Below, piece after piece: positions 1 through 9,547 of a DNA stretch of 64,000 nt (positions are counted from its first letter, which is position 1; every line of letters begins with the position of its first letter). The notes beneath the pieces are model-generated. The model had not been told where the DNA came from, searched no databases, and saw nothing but the letters and a program-made list of their open reading frames with translations. The DNA is from Pyrodictiaceae archaeon (GTDB taxonomy: Archaea > Thermoproteota > Thermoprotei_A > Sulfolobales > Pyrodictiaceae), in assembly GCA_027036135.1 (NCBI GenBank), contig JALVSY010000016.1, positions 320,001 to 384,000 of the forward strand. Reading direction: 5' to 3'. The position numbers and the translations under genes were made by a program.

Positions 1-2
1 TT

Positions 3-443
3 AGTGCAAAGCCCATTGAAAAGACAATAGTCTTTGCAGCAAAAATGGCTTACTATGCATTTAGGGCACTAGGCATTGAGGTGAAGAATGCTGACAAGAT
101 ATCACTGCCCGTTGATAGACGTGTTGCTCTACTCTCCTCTACATCGGGTATAGTAGAGGCCCCACCTGATACTATATTTCAGCGATTACGCGACCTCGCC
201 GCTAAGGCATGGGGAAAAGTATCGCTCATATCCGGTATCCCAAGCATTAACTTAGATGCACTCATTTGGCTACCGGCCCGGGGCATCGAGAGATACATAC
301 GCATAGGGCTTGAGACAGCGCGAGACGAGTATTCGAAGAGGCTAGTAGATTATAGCAAGGGGCTAATATCATGGCAGCTAGCGAGGGAAATTGCGAAGGA
401 AATACTCTATAGGGATCCATTCGCGAAGAAGCCTCGCACATAG
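3..443 (+). CDS. Archaeal N-glycosylase/DNA lyase (AGOG, 8-oxoguanine glycosylase), 5'-truncated by window edge
   Basis: Frame is open upstream of 45 (SAKPIEKTIVFAAKMAYY). KTIVFAAK, LPVDRRVA and SGIPSINLDALIW match AGOG motifs KTxVFAxK, IPVDxRVA and GIPPLHLDxLLW. Confidence 0.8.
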   Translation, partial: SAKPIEKTIVFAAKMAYYAFRALGIEVKNADKISLPVDRRVALLSSTSGIVEAPPDTIFQRLRDLAAKAWGKVSLISGIPSINLDALIWLPARGIERYIRIGLETARDEYSKRLVDYSKGLISWQLAREIAKEILYRDPFAKKPRT

Positions 444-1910
444 GTACTCCTCGTAGACCCTCTCTAGGCTATCAACGAGATAACTAGCAGCAATGCTGTA
501 CGCGTCCCTGTTTTCCTGGCCTAGTACTCCTCGGGCCCCAGTCTCAACGTCATGGCAATCCCATAACCCCTCCTCGATGCAGCCAAGCGGTGGAAATAGG
601 ATAACACCGAGCCTAGGCACTCCACTGGACAAGCTCATGACGCGATAGGCAACCCTTATCAAAACCCTGCAGGCCGAGATAGCGCTGAGAAAATCTCCTT
701 GGTCAAGTGATTTCTCAGCAATACGTCTAAGCTTGTATACAACACTATGGAGCCTGGGCACAAGCTTCTCAAGCGCCTTAGCGTAGAAGAAGCTAGTGCA
801 GTTATCGACTAAGCTTCGCCAATCAGCTGCAAGGCTTCCAAGCATTGCTACTAGGTCTCCTACCTTTTGTAGGTTCTCTGAATCCTGGCTAGGTGCTACG
901 CTTAAGACTATTGATGGAAACCCTTGTAGCATAAAGGGCGCGGCATTACTCCATAAGAGATCCTCCCTACTTTCTAGGCGTTTCCCGGATCCCAGCCCAA
1001 GGTAAGCTGGATACACTAGGCCAAAGGCATCGTTGCTCGACACTATGTGTACTGATAGCGTAATAGTATCTCCGAGAGGGTTTTCCCCTAGTATCTTCGA
1101 GTATATTCTCGCTCCATACCCCACCACGTAGCCTGGATGAGCTGGGTCACCGAGCTGGCTCGCAGGAAGTATAACTAATCTAGCACCTATACCGTTTCTC
1201 ACAAGTTGTATGAAGAGACCTAGCGCGACTGCAAGGCCCCAGACCTGGCCCTGGGGATTTCCTAGGCTATCAATACTAGTCGTTACTAGTAATGAGGCTT
1301 CTCCTTTACTGCTCCATGCCTCTATGAGGGGGCTCTCAGCCCTGCTACGTTCATCCTGGTAAATAAGCTTCGCTCTCCCACAGCTAAGGAGACTTCTAGC
1401 AACCCTCTCCGGGACAGAGACCACCGGGATACTTGCTGCACAAAAATGTGTCAAGGTAAAGGGTGCCTCGGTGAGGGCAAGTCTGGTTCCATCGTCACCG
1501 CGTAGTACCAGGAAACCAGGTTTACGCCTAGCTAGGAGCGAGTAAAGAGAACGCAGCTCAGCTTCCCTAGATAAAGGTGCTAGGACAGCGTATCCCTGCA
1601 AGCTACGAGAATCGGCTAAAGCCTCCTCAAGCCCAATTACACGTGCCTCGATGACCTCTGAGCCATCTGTGCACCGAGGCCATAGCTTTGCAGGGTACTC
1701 GGCTCCACAAACGCTGAGAGAAGCCTTGATTGGTGTCCAGGTTTTAACGTGGATGTCCTCGGCTCGGTACTCTATCCCGTTTAGCTGCTCAAGAAACCGT
1801 ACTAGGGTATCTGCTACTTCGCCCTCGGCACTAGAGCCTGCAACCACCGCGTCGAAGGGCTCGATGATGCTTCTTATTCTCTTAGCTAGCTCGTTGACCT
1901 CGTGCATCAA
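378..1910 (-). CDS. M28 aminopeptidase/PA-domain-like protein, metal ligands apparently lost
   Basis: AGSSAEGEVA N-terminus, PA-like IPVVSV segment, LLVTTSIDS in place of AHxDS, PASQLG in place of AEExG. Confidence 0.5.
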   Translation of the reverse strand: MMHEVNELAKRIRSIIEPFDAVVAGSSAEGEVADTLVRFLEQLNGIEYRAEDIHVKTWTPIKASLSVCGAEYPAKLWPRCTDGSEVIEARVIGLEEALADSRSLQGYAVLAPLSREAELRSLYSLLARRKPGFLVLRGDDGTRLALTEAPFTLTHFCAASIPVVSVPERVARSLLSCGRAKLIYQDERSRAESPLIEAWSSKGEASLLVTTSIDSLGNPQGQVWGLAVALGLFIQLVRNGIGARLVILPASQLGDPAHPGYVVGYGARIYSKILGENPLGDTITLSVHIVSSNDAFGLVYPAYLGLGSGKRLESREDLLWSNAAPFMLQGFPSIVLSVAPSQDSENLQKVGDLVAMLGSLAADWRSLVDNCTSFFYAKALEKLVPRLHSVVYKLRRIAEKSLDQGDFLSAISACRVLIRVAYRVMSLSSGVPRLGVILFPPLGCIEEGLWDCHDVETGARGVLGQENRDAYSIAASYLVDSLERVYEEYLCARLLREWIPIEYFLRNFPR

Positions 1911-1956
1911 TAGAGCAGACCCGAGGAGAAAATGGGGCAGAGATACGGTTTAGTAC

Positions 1957-3777
1957 CTAGAGTGTTATGGCGAATGCTGGGTTTTGTTTCCTCTTAATCT
2001 TCAGTATCTCTTTGAGAACCATTTTCTCGTCGTCGCTTAGCTCGTTACGGTACTTTGTCTGCCATAGTATAGCGTGTTTCTCCGGTATATCCGTGTAAAG
2101 CACGTCGCCTTCATCTATGTGTCTGCCAACGAGTACGTGGCCCCTAATCGATATAGCGACTGCCATCCCGGCTCTAGCCTCTTGCACGGTCTTCCCTCTA
2201 TCCTGCATCTGCATTATCGTCCCTATGCGCTTCCCGTCTTCCCTCATCAAGGGATACCCTGGCTTTATTACTCCGCCGAGCACCTCGACACCAACTATTG
2301 CAGGATTACTTCTCCTAAACACGTAGCCGGGGATAATCCTTATCTTTCCAGGCCTAATCAGTTGCTCTAACTCCTTCCTCTTCTCGGCCTCTATTTGTTC
2401 CTTGTACCAGTTCTCGAAGTCCTCGAGAAGCCTATAGATCACGTTGTGCGTGAATATCTTTATCCCGTGCTTCCTGGCTTCTTGCTCTGCCTCTGGGAGA
2501 GTCTTCACGTTGAATGCTAGTATGACTGCATAGAACTTGTTTATCTCCTTGCTAGCCACAGCCTCTATTACATCTCTCTTAGCTACTGGGCCGACGTCGG
2601 CGTATCGGATAGGTATGCCTCTCATGCGCAGCGTCTCTACAAGTGCCTCGAGGCTTCCAAGCGTATCAGCTTTGACAACGACACCCTCCTTATCCGTCTT
2701 GATCCTCAACGACTCTATTTCCTTCATGACCTGGGTGGCTAGCCTCTTGGCTTCCTCCTCGTCCCTCGCAACTAGTAGTGGAGCACCTGCTACAGCCTCC
2801 TCAAGCCCCGGAGCCACAATGCGTACGCCCGATGCCGCATAGACCTCCTCAACCGGCTCTAGCTCCCTCTTAGCTACGCGTATCTCTTGCAAGGGCTTCG
2901 GCATCAGCAATGCTCTTACACGTGTTATTACTGGGCCGTTAAGTCCACCTGTTACTATTATGTCGCCCTTACGCAACACACCATCATATATTATGACGTC
3001 AGCCGCTGTGCCTAGGCCGGGCTGCTCCCGAATCTCCAATATAACGCCTCTAGCGGGCCCCTCGGCGAAGCGAAGGCGGTGCTGTAGGTAGCGCTGAGTA
3101 AGCCCAGCAAGAACAGCTAGGAGTTCTGGAACACCCTCGCCAGTCTTAGCCGAGATGGGGACAACAGCCACCATTTTCGTGAAGTCCTTCACGCGGTCAA
3201 ACCTATCAGCCTGGAATCCCTGCTCATAGAGCTTGGCGATCACGTTATCCCATAGGCGTCTCTCGAGCTCCTCCTGGACCCTAGGTGCCTGCTTGCGATA
3301 GGAGAAGAGGAACGGCTCGTCAGGGTGAGGCCTCCACCCAGGTATCTTATCAATCTTGTTAGCAGCGACAATGAAGGGTACGCGTCTCTGGCGCAGAATC
3401 TCTATGGACTCGTATGTCTGTTGCTGAAACCCCTCATTAATATCCACGACTAGTATAGCGAAATCAGCAACGCTCCCGCCACGGCGCCGGAGATTAGTGA
3501 AGACCTCGTGACCAGGAGTATCTATGAACAAGAGCCCCGGTATGACAAGCTTAAACGGTATAAGCTTCTTCAACGGCTCCGCGAGCTTCTCGATAACACT
3601 AGCAGGCACAAGGCTGGCACCAACATGCTGAGTTATAAGCCCAGGCTCCTTAGCAGTAACAGCAGTCCCCCTAATCTTGTCAAGCAACGTCGTCTTTCCG
3701 TGATCAACGTGTCCAAGCACAACGACTATTGGCTGCCTAAGCCTCTTTCCCTGCCCGCTACTTTGCTGCGCACCCAT
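1957..3777 (-). CDS. infB: Translation initiation factor aIF5B (IF-2)
   Basis: LRQPIVVVLGHVDHGKTT, DTPGHE, NKID, KADTLGSLEAL. ATG at 3777 preferred over ORF start 3819. Confidence 0.98.
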   Translation of the reverse strand: MGAQQSSGQGKRLRQPIVVVLGHVDHGKTTLLDKIRGTAVTAKEPGLITQHVGASLVPASVIEKLAEPLKKLIPFKLVIPGLLFIDTPGHEVFTNLRRRGGSVADFAILVVDINEGFQQQTYESIEILRQRRVPFIVAANKIDKIPGWRPHPDEPFLFSYRKQAPRVQEELERRLWDNVIAKLYEQGFQADRFDRVKDFTKMVAVVPISAKTGEGVPELLAVLAGLTQRYLQHRLRFAEGPARGVILEIREQPGLGTAADVIIYDGVLRKGDIIVTGGLNGPVITRVRALLMPKPLQEIRVAKRELEPVEEVYAASGVRIVAPGLEEAVAGAPLLVARDEEEAKRLATQVMKEIESLRIKTDKEGVVVKADTLGSLEALVETLRMRGIPIRYADVGPVAKRDVIEAVASKEINKFYAVILAFNVKTLPEAEQEARKHGIKIFTHNVIYRLLEDFENWYKEQIEAEKRKELEQLIRPGKIRIIPGYVFRRSNPAIVGVEVLGGVIKPGYPLMREDGKRIGTIMQMQDRGKTVQEARAGMAVAISIRGHVLVGRHIDEGDVLYTDIPEKHAILWQTKYRNELSDDEKMVLKEILKIKRKQNPAFAITL

Positions 3778-3933
3778 TGCAGCAATTCCCCAGATACTAA
3801 AGCTTGCTGCTACATACAATTAATTAAAGTTCCCATCTGGGCAACACATCAACTAATTCCATAAACATCCCCGAAGATTTTCGGCAGCCTCGTTATACGA
3901 GGCTCTATATCAATATAAAGATCGGAAGTAAAT

Positions 3934-4645
3934 ATGAATGAACGCCTACTCCTCTCATCGATTATTATCATCGCTACAATACTGCTAGTAGCGCTACTAC
4001 TAAGCGTCTACTCTTCTTCATTTTCAACTACATCTACCCCTAGAAGGATAATTGCGGAGCCACCTAGCAAACTTATCTTAGATAATCCAAATATCACAAT
4101 TAATACTAGCAAAGTGCTACTAATAAGCAATAATATTACTCTAGTGAAAGTATTTAAAAGTAAGGGGATTAATGCACTGAGCCCGAACTTAGTAACTAAG
4201 ACTAACCATAGCCAGCTTCTCCAAGACTACGAGGCCATAGTGATAGACTGGGACTCCCTAATAAGCCTTAATAATGCGACAATAACGAGTATCCTAGCAC
4301 TATGCAGTAAAGGGCTCGCCATAGGTAAGGCAGTAGCGTTTATCTCACTAAGAGGGATTGATAAGGCAACACTTGGAGCTGTGCTAGCTCGTTCTCCAAG
4401 ACAAGCCCGACGTACTTGCTATGGTATCAGTGCCTATCTCCTCTTCTAAGAACTTCTTTATCGACCGTAAGCACGGGGTAAGGTATACTATCGAGACATA
4501 TAAGCACGTGTTTATACTTAAACTAGGCGATAAGAACCATACAGCTCCATTAATGTACTCCGTTGATGCACCAAGTAACATAATCTACACTCCGCAAGTA
4601 ATATTAGAACACATACTAATCGGCCTAGCAGCTCTAAGCCAATAA
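3934..4645 (+). pseudogene. Hypothetical secreted/membrane-anchored protein, possibly frameshifted (ORFs 3934-4449 and 4421-4645)
   Basis: N-terminal hydrophobic signal/anchor, AT-rich. Second frame is open from 4388 (LVLQDKPDVLAMVSVP...) and overlaps the tail of the first ORF. Confidence 0.4.
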
Positions 4646-4824
4646 AGACAAGATGAATCTCCTTGATATCTTCTTAGCCACTGATTAATTATTAAGGTGA
4701 TACGGGCCCGGTTAGTAAGATAACGTATATTTACGTACATTATAGCAAGTCTCATCTCGCGGCTTATAGCTTTCCCAGTGGTCTACTAGTAGTTATTTTA
4801 ACCCTGCCTGGTTCTTGCTGCGAA

Positions 4825-4863
4825 GGGGATGCTGGGCCTCTAGAAAGGCCCGGGGATGAACCC
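4825..4863 (+). promoter_or_regulatory. Structured rps6e 5' leader with K-turn-like motif
   Basis: CTGGGCCT/AGGCCCGG hairpin flanked by GA (4828-4829) and GAT-GA (4855-4859). TATA-like TTTTAA at about 4796-4801. Confidence 0.35.
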
Positions 4864-4880
4864 ACTAGGGGTGTAAAGCT

Positions 4881-5537
4881 GTGCCTGAGTTCAAGGTAGT
4901 GATTTCGGATCCTAAAGCTGGAGCAGATATACCAGAGGTTAAGGTCAAGATAAAGGGAGACGAGGAAATACCGTTTGGCGACGACGAGAAATCACAGAGA
5001 AAGCTCCCTACTTGTAAGGCTAACCCTGAGCTCGTTAAGAAGCTGGGAGCAGAGCACGGCATAATAACGATACGTATGAGGAAGGAGGAAAAGAAGATCA
5101 AGCACACGTGCCGCGTGGTACAGGATGACTCGGTACCAGTTGATGAGGTACGCGTGAGCCTAGAGTGGCTGGGCGACGCAGTGGGAGCCGAGGAGGCCGA
5201 GGGTGTAGCATTCCGCGCAAAGGCCTGGCAAATAACAATAACGGGCCCAGAGGCTGATCAACTCATAGGACTAAAGATAGGCGACCAGTTCGATGGCTCC
5301 TTAGTAGGCCTAAGTGGTTATAAGCTGGAAATAAGGGGTGGAAGCGATAACAGCGGGTTCCCCATGCTACCAACACTACCGGGCCCAGTAAAGAAGAAGG
5401 TTCTCCTATCAGGTCCGCCGGGCTTTCATCCACGAGAGAAGGGTGAGCGCCGGAGGAAAACAGTGAGGGGCAACACTATAACGCATGACACTGTTCAGAT
5501 TAATACAGTAATAATATATCCTGAGGAGAAGAAGTAA
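4881..5537 (+). CDS. rps6e: 30S ribosomal protein S6e (eS6), long crenarchaeal form
   Basis: FKVVISDPK, LIGLKIGD, IRGGSDNSGFPM, GERRRKTVRGNTI. Confidence 0.97.
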   Translation: MPEFKVVISDPKAGADIPEVKVKIKGDEEIPFGDDEKSQRKLPTCKANPELVKKLGAEHGIITIRMRKEEKKIKHTCRVVQDDSVPVDEVRVSLEWLGDAVGAEEAEGVAFRAKAWQITITGPEADQLIGLKIGDQFDGSLVGLSGYKLEIRGGSDNSGFPMLPTLPGPVKKKVLLSGPPGFHPREKGERRRKTVRGNTITHDTVQINTVIIYPEEKK

Positions 5538-5714
5538 GCGAGCAACTCTGCCCCAGCTGTTTTCCGTGGCTTCATAGGACACGTCTTTTCCTTATCAAGC
5601 TTTTCAAAACAGGTATACAAGCTCTGTTCTTGGCCGACTAGGTAGTGGTTCCTGTATACTCGTTTTGTTCTTATAGGGGTGCTTATCCTAGCGAATGATG
5701 CCGGGGTGGTTGCT

Positions 5715-6980
5715 GTGGCTAAGTTCGATATGGACGAGATTGAGGCTCAGCGACGCCGCCAGCCAGAGATGAACATCGGTACAGCTGGCCACGTTGACCA
5801 TGGCAAGACGACACTCGTGCAAGCACTGACCGCTGTGTGGACAGCTAAGCACAGCGAGGAGCTTAAGAGAGGAATGACCATCAAGCTGGGCTACGCTGAG
5901 GGCGAAACATGGTACTGCGAAGGAGCTGAGCCTCCTGAGGCTTACCAGCCCTTCCCAGAGAATTGCCCCGAGGGCACCGTTCCTAAGCTGTTGCGTAAGG
6001 TTTCTTACGTTGATGCGCCCGGCCACGAGATACTCATGGCCACGATGCTCTCCGGGGCAGCCTTGATGGATGGCGCCCTCCTAGTTATTGCTGCGAATGA
6101 GCGCTGTCCTCAGCCACAGACTCGTGAACACTTTGTTGCGCTTGACATAGTGGGTGTACACGACCTAGTCGTTGTGCAGAACAAGGTTGATGTTGTTACA
6201 CCTGAGCGTGCTCGAGAAAGCTACCGGGAGATAAAGGAGTTCCTCAAGGGCTCGTTCGCGGAGAACGCTCCAATAATACCCGTGAGCGCCCTTCATAGAG
6301 TAAATATCGATGCTCTCCTCATGGCTATGGAGTACTTCCTGCCAACGCCTAAGCGTGACCCCTCTAAGCCTCCGCTCATGTTCATTGCGCGTAGCTTCGA
6401 TGTTAACAAGCCGGGTACACCAGTAGAGGAGCTAAGAGGCGGTGTTGTTGGAGGTGCCTTGATGCAAGGGGTACTACGCGTAGGCGACGAGATAGAGATA
6501 GCTCCTGGTATACGTGTCGAGGAGCGTGGACGCGTAAGATACGAGCCAGTAGTTACCGAGGTGGTGAGTCTGCGCTTCGGGGAGCTCGAGGTAGAAGAGG
6601 CTAGACCAGGCGGCCTTGTGGCGGTTGGCACAAAGCTTGACCCAGCGATAACCAAGGCAGATAACCTTGTAGGTAATGTTGTTGGTAAACCGGGACAAGT
6701 CCCGCCAGTAATGAATACTCTCAAAATAGAGTACAAGATGCTCGAGAGAGTTGTTGGGACCAAGGAGCTCGTGAAGGTCCCGCCTATGAGGCAGCGTGAG
6801 ATAGTAATGCTTACAGTCGGTACAGCTGTGACCCTCGGAATAATAACGAGGCTGACCAGGGATGAAATGGAGGTAGCTCTACGAAGACCAGTAGTTGCTT
6901 GGGATGGCGCACGCGTCGCTATTTCGAGGCAGGTCATGGGGCGCTGGAGGCTCGTGGGATGGGGTATAGTGCGCGAATAA
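5715..6980 (+). CDS. eif2g: Translation initiation factor aIF2 gamma subunit
   Basis: QPEMNIGTAGHVDHGKTT, RGMTIKLGY, DAPGHE, QNKVD, RWRLVGWG. GTG 5715 follows SD GGGGTG. Confidence 0.98.
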   Translation: MAKFDMDEIEAQRRRQPEMNIGTAGHVDHGKTTLVQALTAVWTAKHSEELKRGMTIKLGYAEGETWYCEGAEPPEAYQPFPENCPEGTVPKLLRKVSYVDAPGHEILMATMLSGAALMDGALLVIAANERCPQPQTREHFVALDIVGVHDLVVVQNKVDVVTPERARESYREIKEFLKGSFAENAPIIPVSALHRVNIDALLMAMEYFLPTPKRDPSKPPLMFIARSFDVNKPGTPVEELRGGVVGGALMQGVLRVGDEIEIAPGIRVEERGRVRYEPVVTEVVSLRFGELEVEEARPGGLVAVGTKLDPAITKADNLVGNVVGKPGQVPPVMNTLKIEYKMLERVVGTKELVKVPPMRQREIVMLTVGTAVTLGIITRLTRDEMEVALRRPVVAWDGARVAISRQVMGRWRLVGWGIVRE

Positions 6981-7369
6981 GAAGAGTGATTTTCGACACG
7001 AGTATTCTCATGCTTCTCTACAATGGTGTCCAGGTTTTTGATGAGGTAGAGGAACTACTCTTATCCAAACCCGAGTGCATTGTGCCTCAAAGCGTCGTTG
7101 AGGAGCTAGAGAGAATCGCGAAGTCAAGCGATAAGAGTCTTCATCAGCGCCGTGCAGCTAGGCTGGCTCTCGAGGCACTGGAGAAGAGAGGGTGCATGGT
7201 AATTGAGACAAGTTTGTCGGCGGACGATGCTATAATAGAGCTTGCGACTAGGCTCAAGGACGCAATAGTCGCCACGGCTGATAACGAGCTTCGGAGAAGG
7301 CTAAGAGAGCTCGGTCTCCCAAACATATATTATAGGCGCTCACGGCACGGGTTAATGCTCGAGGCATAG
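6959..7369 (+). CDS. PIN-domain protein (Fcf1/Utp24-like)
   Basis: VIFDTS, VVEEL, ADDAII, VATADNELR. Conserved position between aIF2-gamma and rpoE1. Confidence 0.9.
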   Translation: MGYSARIRRVIFDTSILMLLYNGVQVFDEVEELLLSKPECIVPQSVVEELERIAKSSDKSLHQRRAARLALEALEKRGCMVIETSLSADDAIIELATRLKDAIVATADNELRRRLRELGLPNIYYRRSRHGLMLEA

Positions 7370-7491
7370 ACAAGCTTATAAGTACTGGCCTCCGAGTCAG
7401 CATCTATGCTTAATACTTCCCAGTCCCCTTGTACGAACAGCGGCACTTCCTAGGTGGCATGCTTCCCGGGAGCCATGGTGAGGGTGACACA

Positions 7492-8061
7492 TTGTACGTT
7501 GTCTACAGGGTTAGAGACGTCGTAAGGATTCCACCAAGCCTCTTTGGCTTGCCACTAGAGGAGGCAGCTCTCAGAGTTCTAACAGAGCGCTATGTGGGCT
7601 TCGTACACCCTGATATGGGCATCATAGTAGCAGTATTCAATGTCAACGTTGACCCGGAGGGACGCTTACTACCAGGCGATGGCGCTACTTACCATGACTC
7701 GGAGTACAGCGTCTTAGCGTTTAAGCCCCGAGTAAAGGAGGTTGTTGAAGGTGTTGTCGTTAATGCCCAGCAATACGGTATCTGGGTAAACCTTGGCCCT
7801 ATCGAGGGCTTTGCCCACATCACACAGCTCATGGACGATAGGGTCATCTTTGACCAGCAAAGGAAGGCCATGATAGGAGAGAAGACTAGGAAAATAGTAG
7901 AAATAGGCAATGTTGTGCGTGCAAGAGTAGTCTCTGTCTCCATGCCTACTGAGCCAACACTAAGACCAAGGATACAGCTGACGCTGAGACAGCCATACTT
8001 GGGTAGACCGGAGTGGTATAAGCGGAAAGAAGAGGTCAAGGCAACTAGCCAGGCACAGTGA
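7492..8061 (+). CDS. rpoE1: RNA polymerase subunit Rpo7 (E')
   Basis: DVVRIPP, GDGATYH, S1 domain, LRQPYLG. TTG 7492 follows SD GAGGGTGA. Confidence 0.97.
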   Translation: MYVVYRVRDVVRIPPSLFGLPLEEAALRVLTERYVGFVHPDMGIIVAVFNVNVDPEGRLLPGDGATYHDSEYSVLAFKPRVKEVVEGVVVNAQQYGIWVNLGPIEGFAHITQLMDDRVIFDQQRKAMIGEKTRKIVEIGNVVRARVVSVSMPTEPTLRPRIQLTLRQPYLGRPEWYKRKEEVKATSQAQ

Positions 8062-8098
8062 TTCTTGAACAGCGTTGTGGCAGGGAGGTGATTACTAG

Positions 8099-8314
8099 AT
8101 GAGTACGAGGCGGGCCCGGTTACCACCGTTTAAGGCTTGTAGGAAGTGTAAGAGCCTAGTGCCACGTGAGGCAACCCGCTGCCCTGTCTGCGGCTCAACA
8201 GATCTAAGCGATGACTGGGAGGGAGCAATAATAGTCCTTGACCCCGAGAAGTCGCGTATCGCGAAGAGCCTTGGTATCGAGAAACCGGGTCGCTACGCTA
8301 TAAAGGTTAGATAG
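8099..8314 (+). CDS. spt4: Transcription elongation factor Spt4 (RpoE'')
   Basis: KACRKC...CPVCGS...DWEG...PGRYAIKV. Confidence 0.97.
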   Translation: MSTRRARLPPFKACRKCKSLVPREATRCPVCGSTDLSDDWEGAIIVLDPEKSRIAKSLGIEKPGRYAIKVR

Positions 8315-8317
8315 GCC

Positions 8318-8854
8318 TTGTACCTCGCAAGGCTTTTTAATAAAGACCTCTGCCTCCCAGCGTATCTTCGTCCGCTTTTAGCCCTTCCGCCTCCACGTTC
8401 GCACCTAATAAGTGGGGCTGAGCAGCTAGCCTCTCTACGGTATTCGCGGATCATAAGCGTCGGCGACAGAGTGACACGTGATCTCGTTAGTGCGGGCGCC
8501 CATCCCTGGGTAAGTATTTTTGACTGTATTGAGCGAAGAGGAAAAACGCAATGCCCCACGTTGAGTGGCTATAGAGAACTCGTTGTGAATAATCCCCGCT
8601 CAACTATCTCGCGTGAAGCAGTTAGTGCTCTAGAGTCGGTAATGGATGGAAGGGAACGCGTAGCCATACGCGTCGTCGGGGAAGAGGATCTCTTGGCCCT
8701 AGTGTCTGTACTTGTTGCACCCATAGGCGTGCACGTTGTTTATGGACTGCCTGGACGTGCAGCGGTAGATATCCGCGTCGACGAATACCACAAGAGGAGC
8801 GTTCTCTATCTCCTATCATTATTTGAGCCGTGCGGCCAGGGCTCGGAGAGGTAA
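8318..8854 (+). CDS. DUF359 family, GTP-dependent dephospho-CoA kinase
   Basis: SVGDRVT, VNNPRSTIS, VGEEDLLAL, VYGLPG. Conserved position after spt4. Confidence 0.85.
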   Translation: MYLARLFNKDLCLPAYLRPLLALPPPRSHLISGAEQLASLRYSRIISVGDRVTRDLVSAGAHPWVSIFDCIERRGKTQCPTLSGYRELVVNNPRSTISREAVSALESVMDGRERVAIRVVGEEDLLALVSVLVAPIGVHVVYGLPGRAAVDIRVDEYHKRSVLYLLSLFEPCGQGSER

Positions 8855-8926
8855 AAAGGAATAAACCCGGCACGCACAAGCTTGGTGCGGGGTAACTAGA
8901 TAGAGCTAGGCGGGGTGCAGCAATAG

Positions 8927-9307
8927 TTGTCGCAGCAAATACCACGTGAAGTCGTAGAGATGTTCATACCAAAGGGAGCTAAGAAGATGGAAGTAGACCT
9001 AGGCGAGGGCTATGAGGTTTATGTGACTAAGGACTGGTATAACCCGCTTATAAAGCGCCGCGAGATAGATGCCGTGATAATCCACATGGGTAAGTCCACG
9101 CCGAGCAGGATGAAGCTACGCATGCAGTTCGCTAAGGCGCTCAATGTTGATGTTAAGAGGCTCTACATAAGAAGCGTTAAGTCAGAGTACGGCGTAGGGG
9201 TAAGCAGGATAGAGGTACATGTATACGATAGCGCTGAGAGAGCACTACAATTCGAGCCAAAGTACATCATTGAGAGAAACAAGCTGCCCGAGGAAATGGA
9301 GGAGTAA
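8927..9307 (+). CDS. rps24e: 30S ribosomal protein S24e
   Basis: NPLIKRRE, STPSR, EYGVG, EPKYIIERN. Confidence 0.95.
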   Translation: MSQQIPREVVEMFIPKGAKKMEVDLGEGYEVYVTKDWYNPLIKRREIDAVIIHMGKSTPSRMKLRMQFAKALNVDVKRLYIRSVKSEYGVGVSRIEVHVYDSAERALQFEPKYIIERNKLPEEMEE

Positions 9308-9355
9308 GCGTATAAGAGGAAAGAACATCTACGTAGCAGCTCTGGGTGAGCCAGA

Positions 9356-9547
9356 ATGGCCGAGAAGAAGCTCAAGCTCTACGTGCATAGGCTATACGAA
9401 TACGACTACAACACTGGCACAATAAAGAGGAAGAACAAGATATGCCCACGTTGCGGAAGCTTCATGGCGTTCCACAAGTACCCTGTGCCGAGGTGGCATT
9501 GTGGTAAATGTGGACACACCGAGTTCGTTAGGGAGGCCAAGAGGTAA
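9356..9547 (+). CDS. rps27ae: 30S ribosomal protein S27ae (eS31)
   Basis: [11 protein letters not shown]...RWHCGKCG zinc ribbon. Confidence 0.97.
   Translation: MAEKKLKLYVHRLYEYDYNTGTIKRKNKICPRCGSFMAFHKYPVPRWHCGKCGHTEFVREAKR

Noticed and set aside
4881-5537. eS6 about 90 aa longer than euryarchaeal forms
   Set aside because: Long eS6 is typical of Desulfurococcales and Sulfolobales. No intein motifs.
9501-9547. 47-nt overlap of kae1 with rps27ae
   Set aside because: SD GAGGTG supports GTG 9501, and short overlaps are common in this operon.
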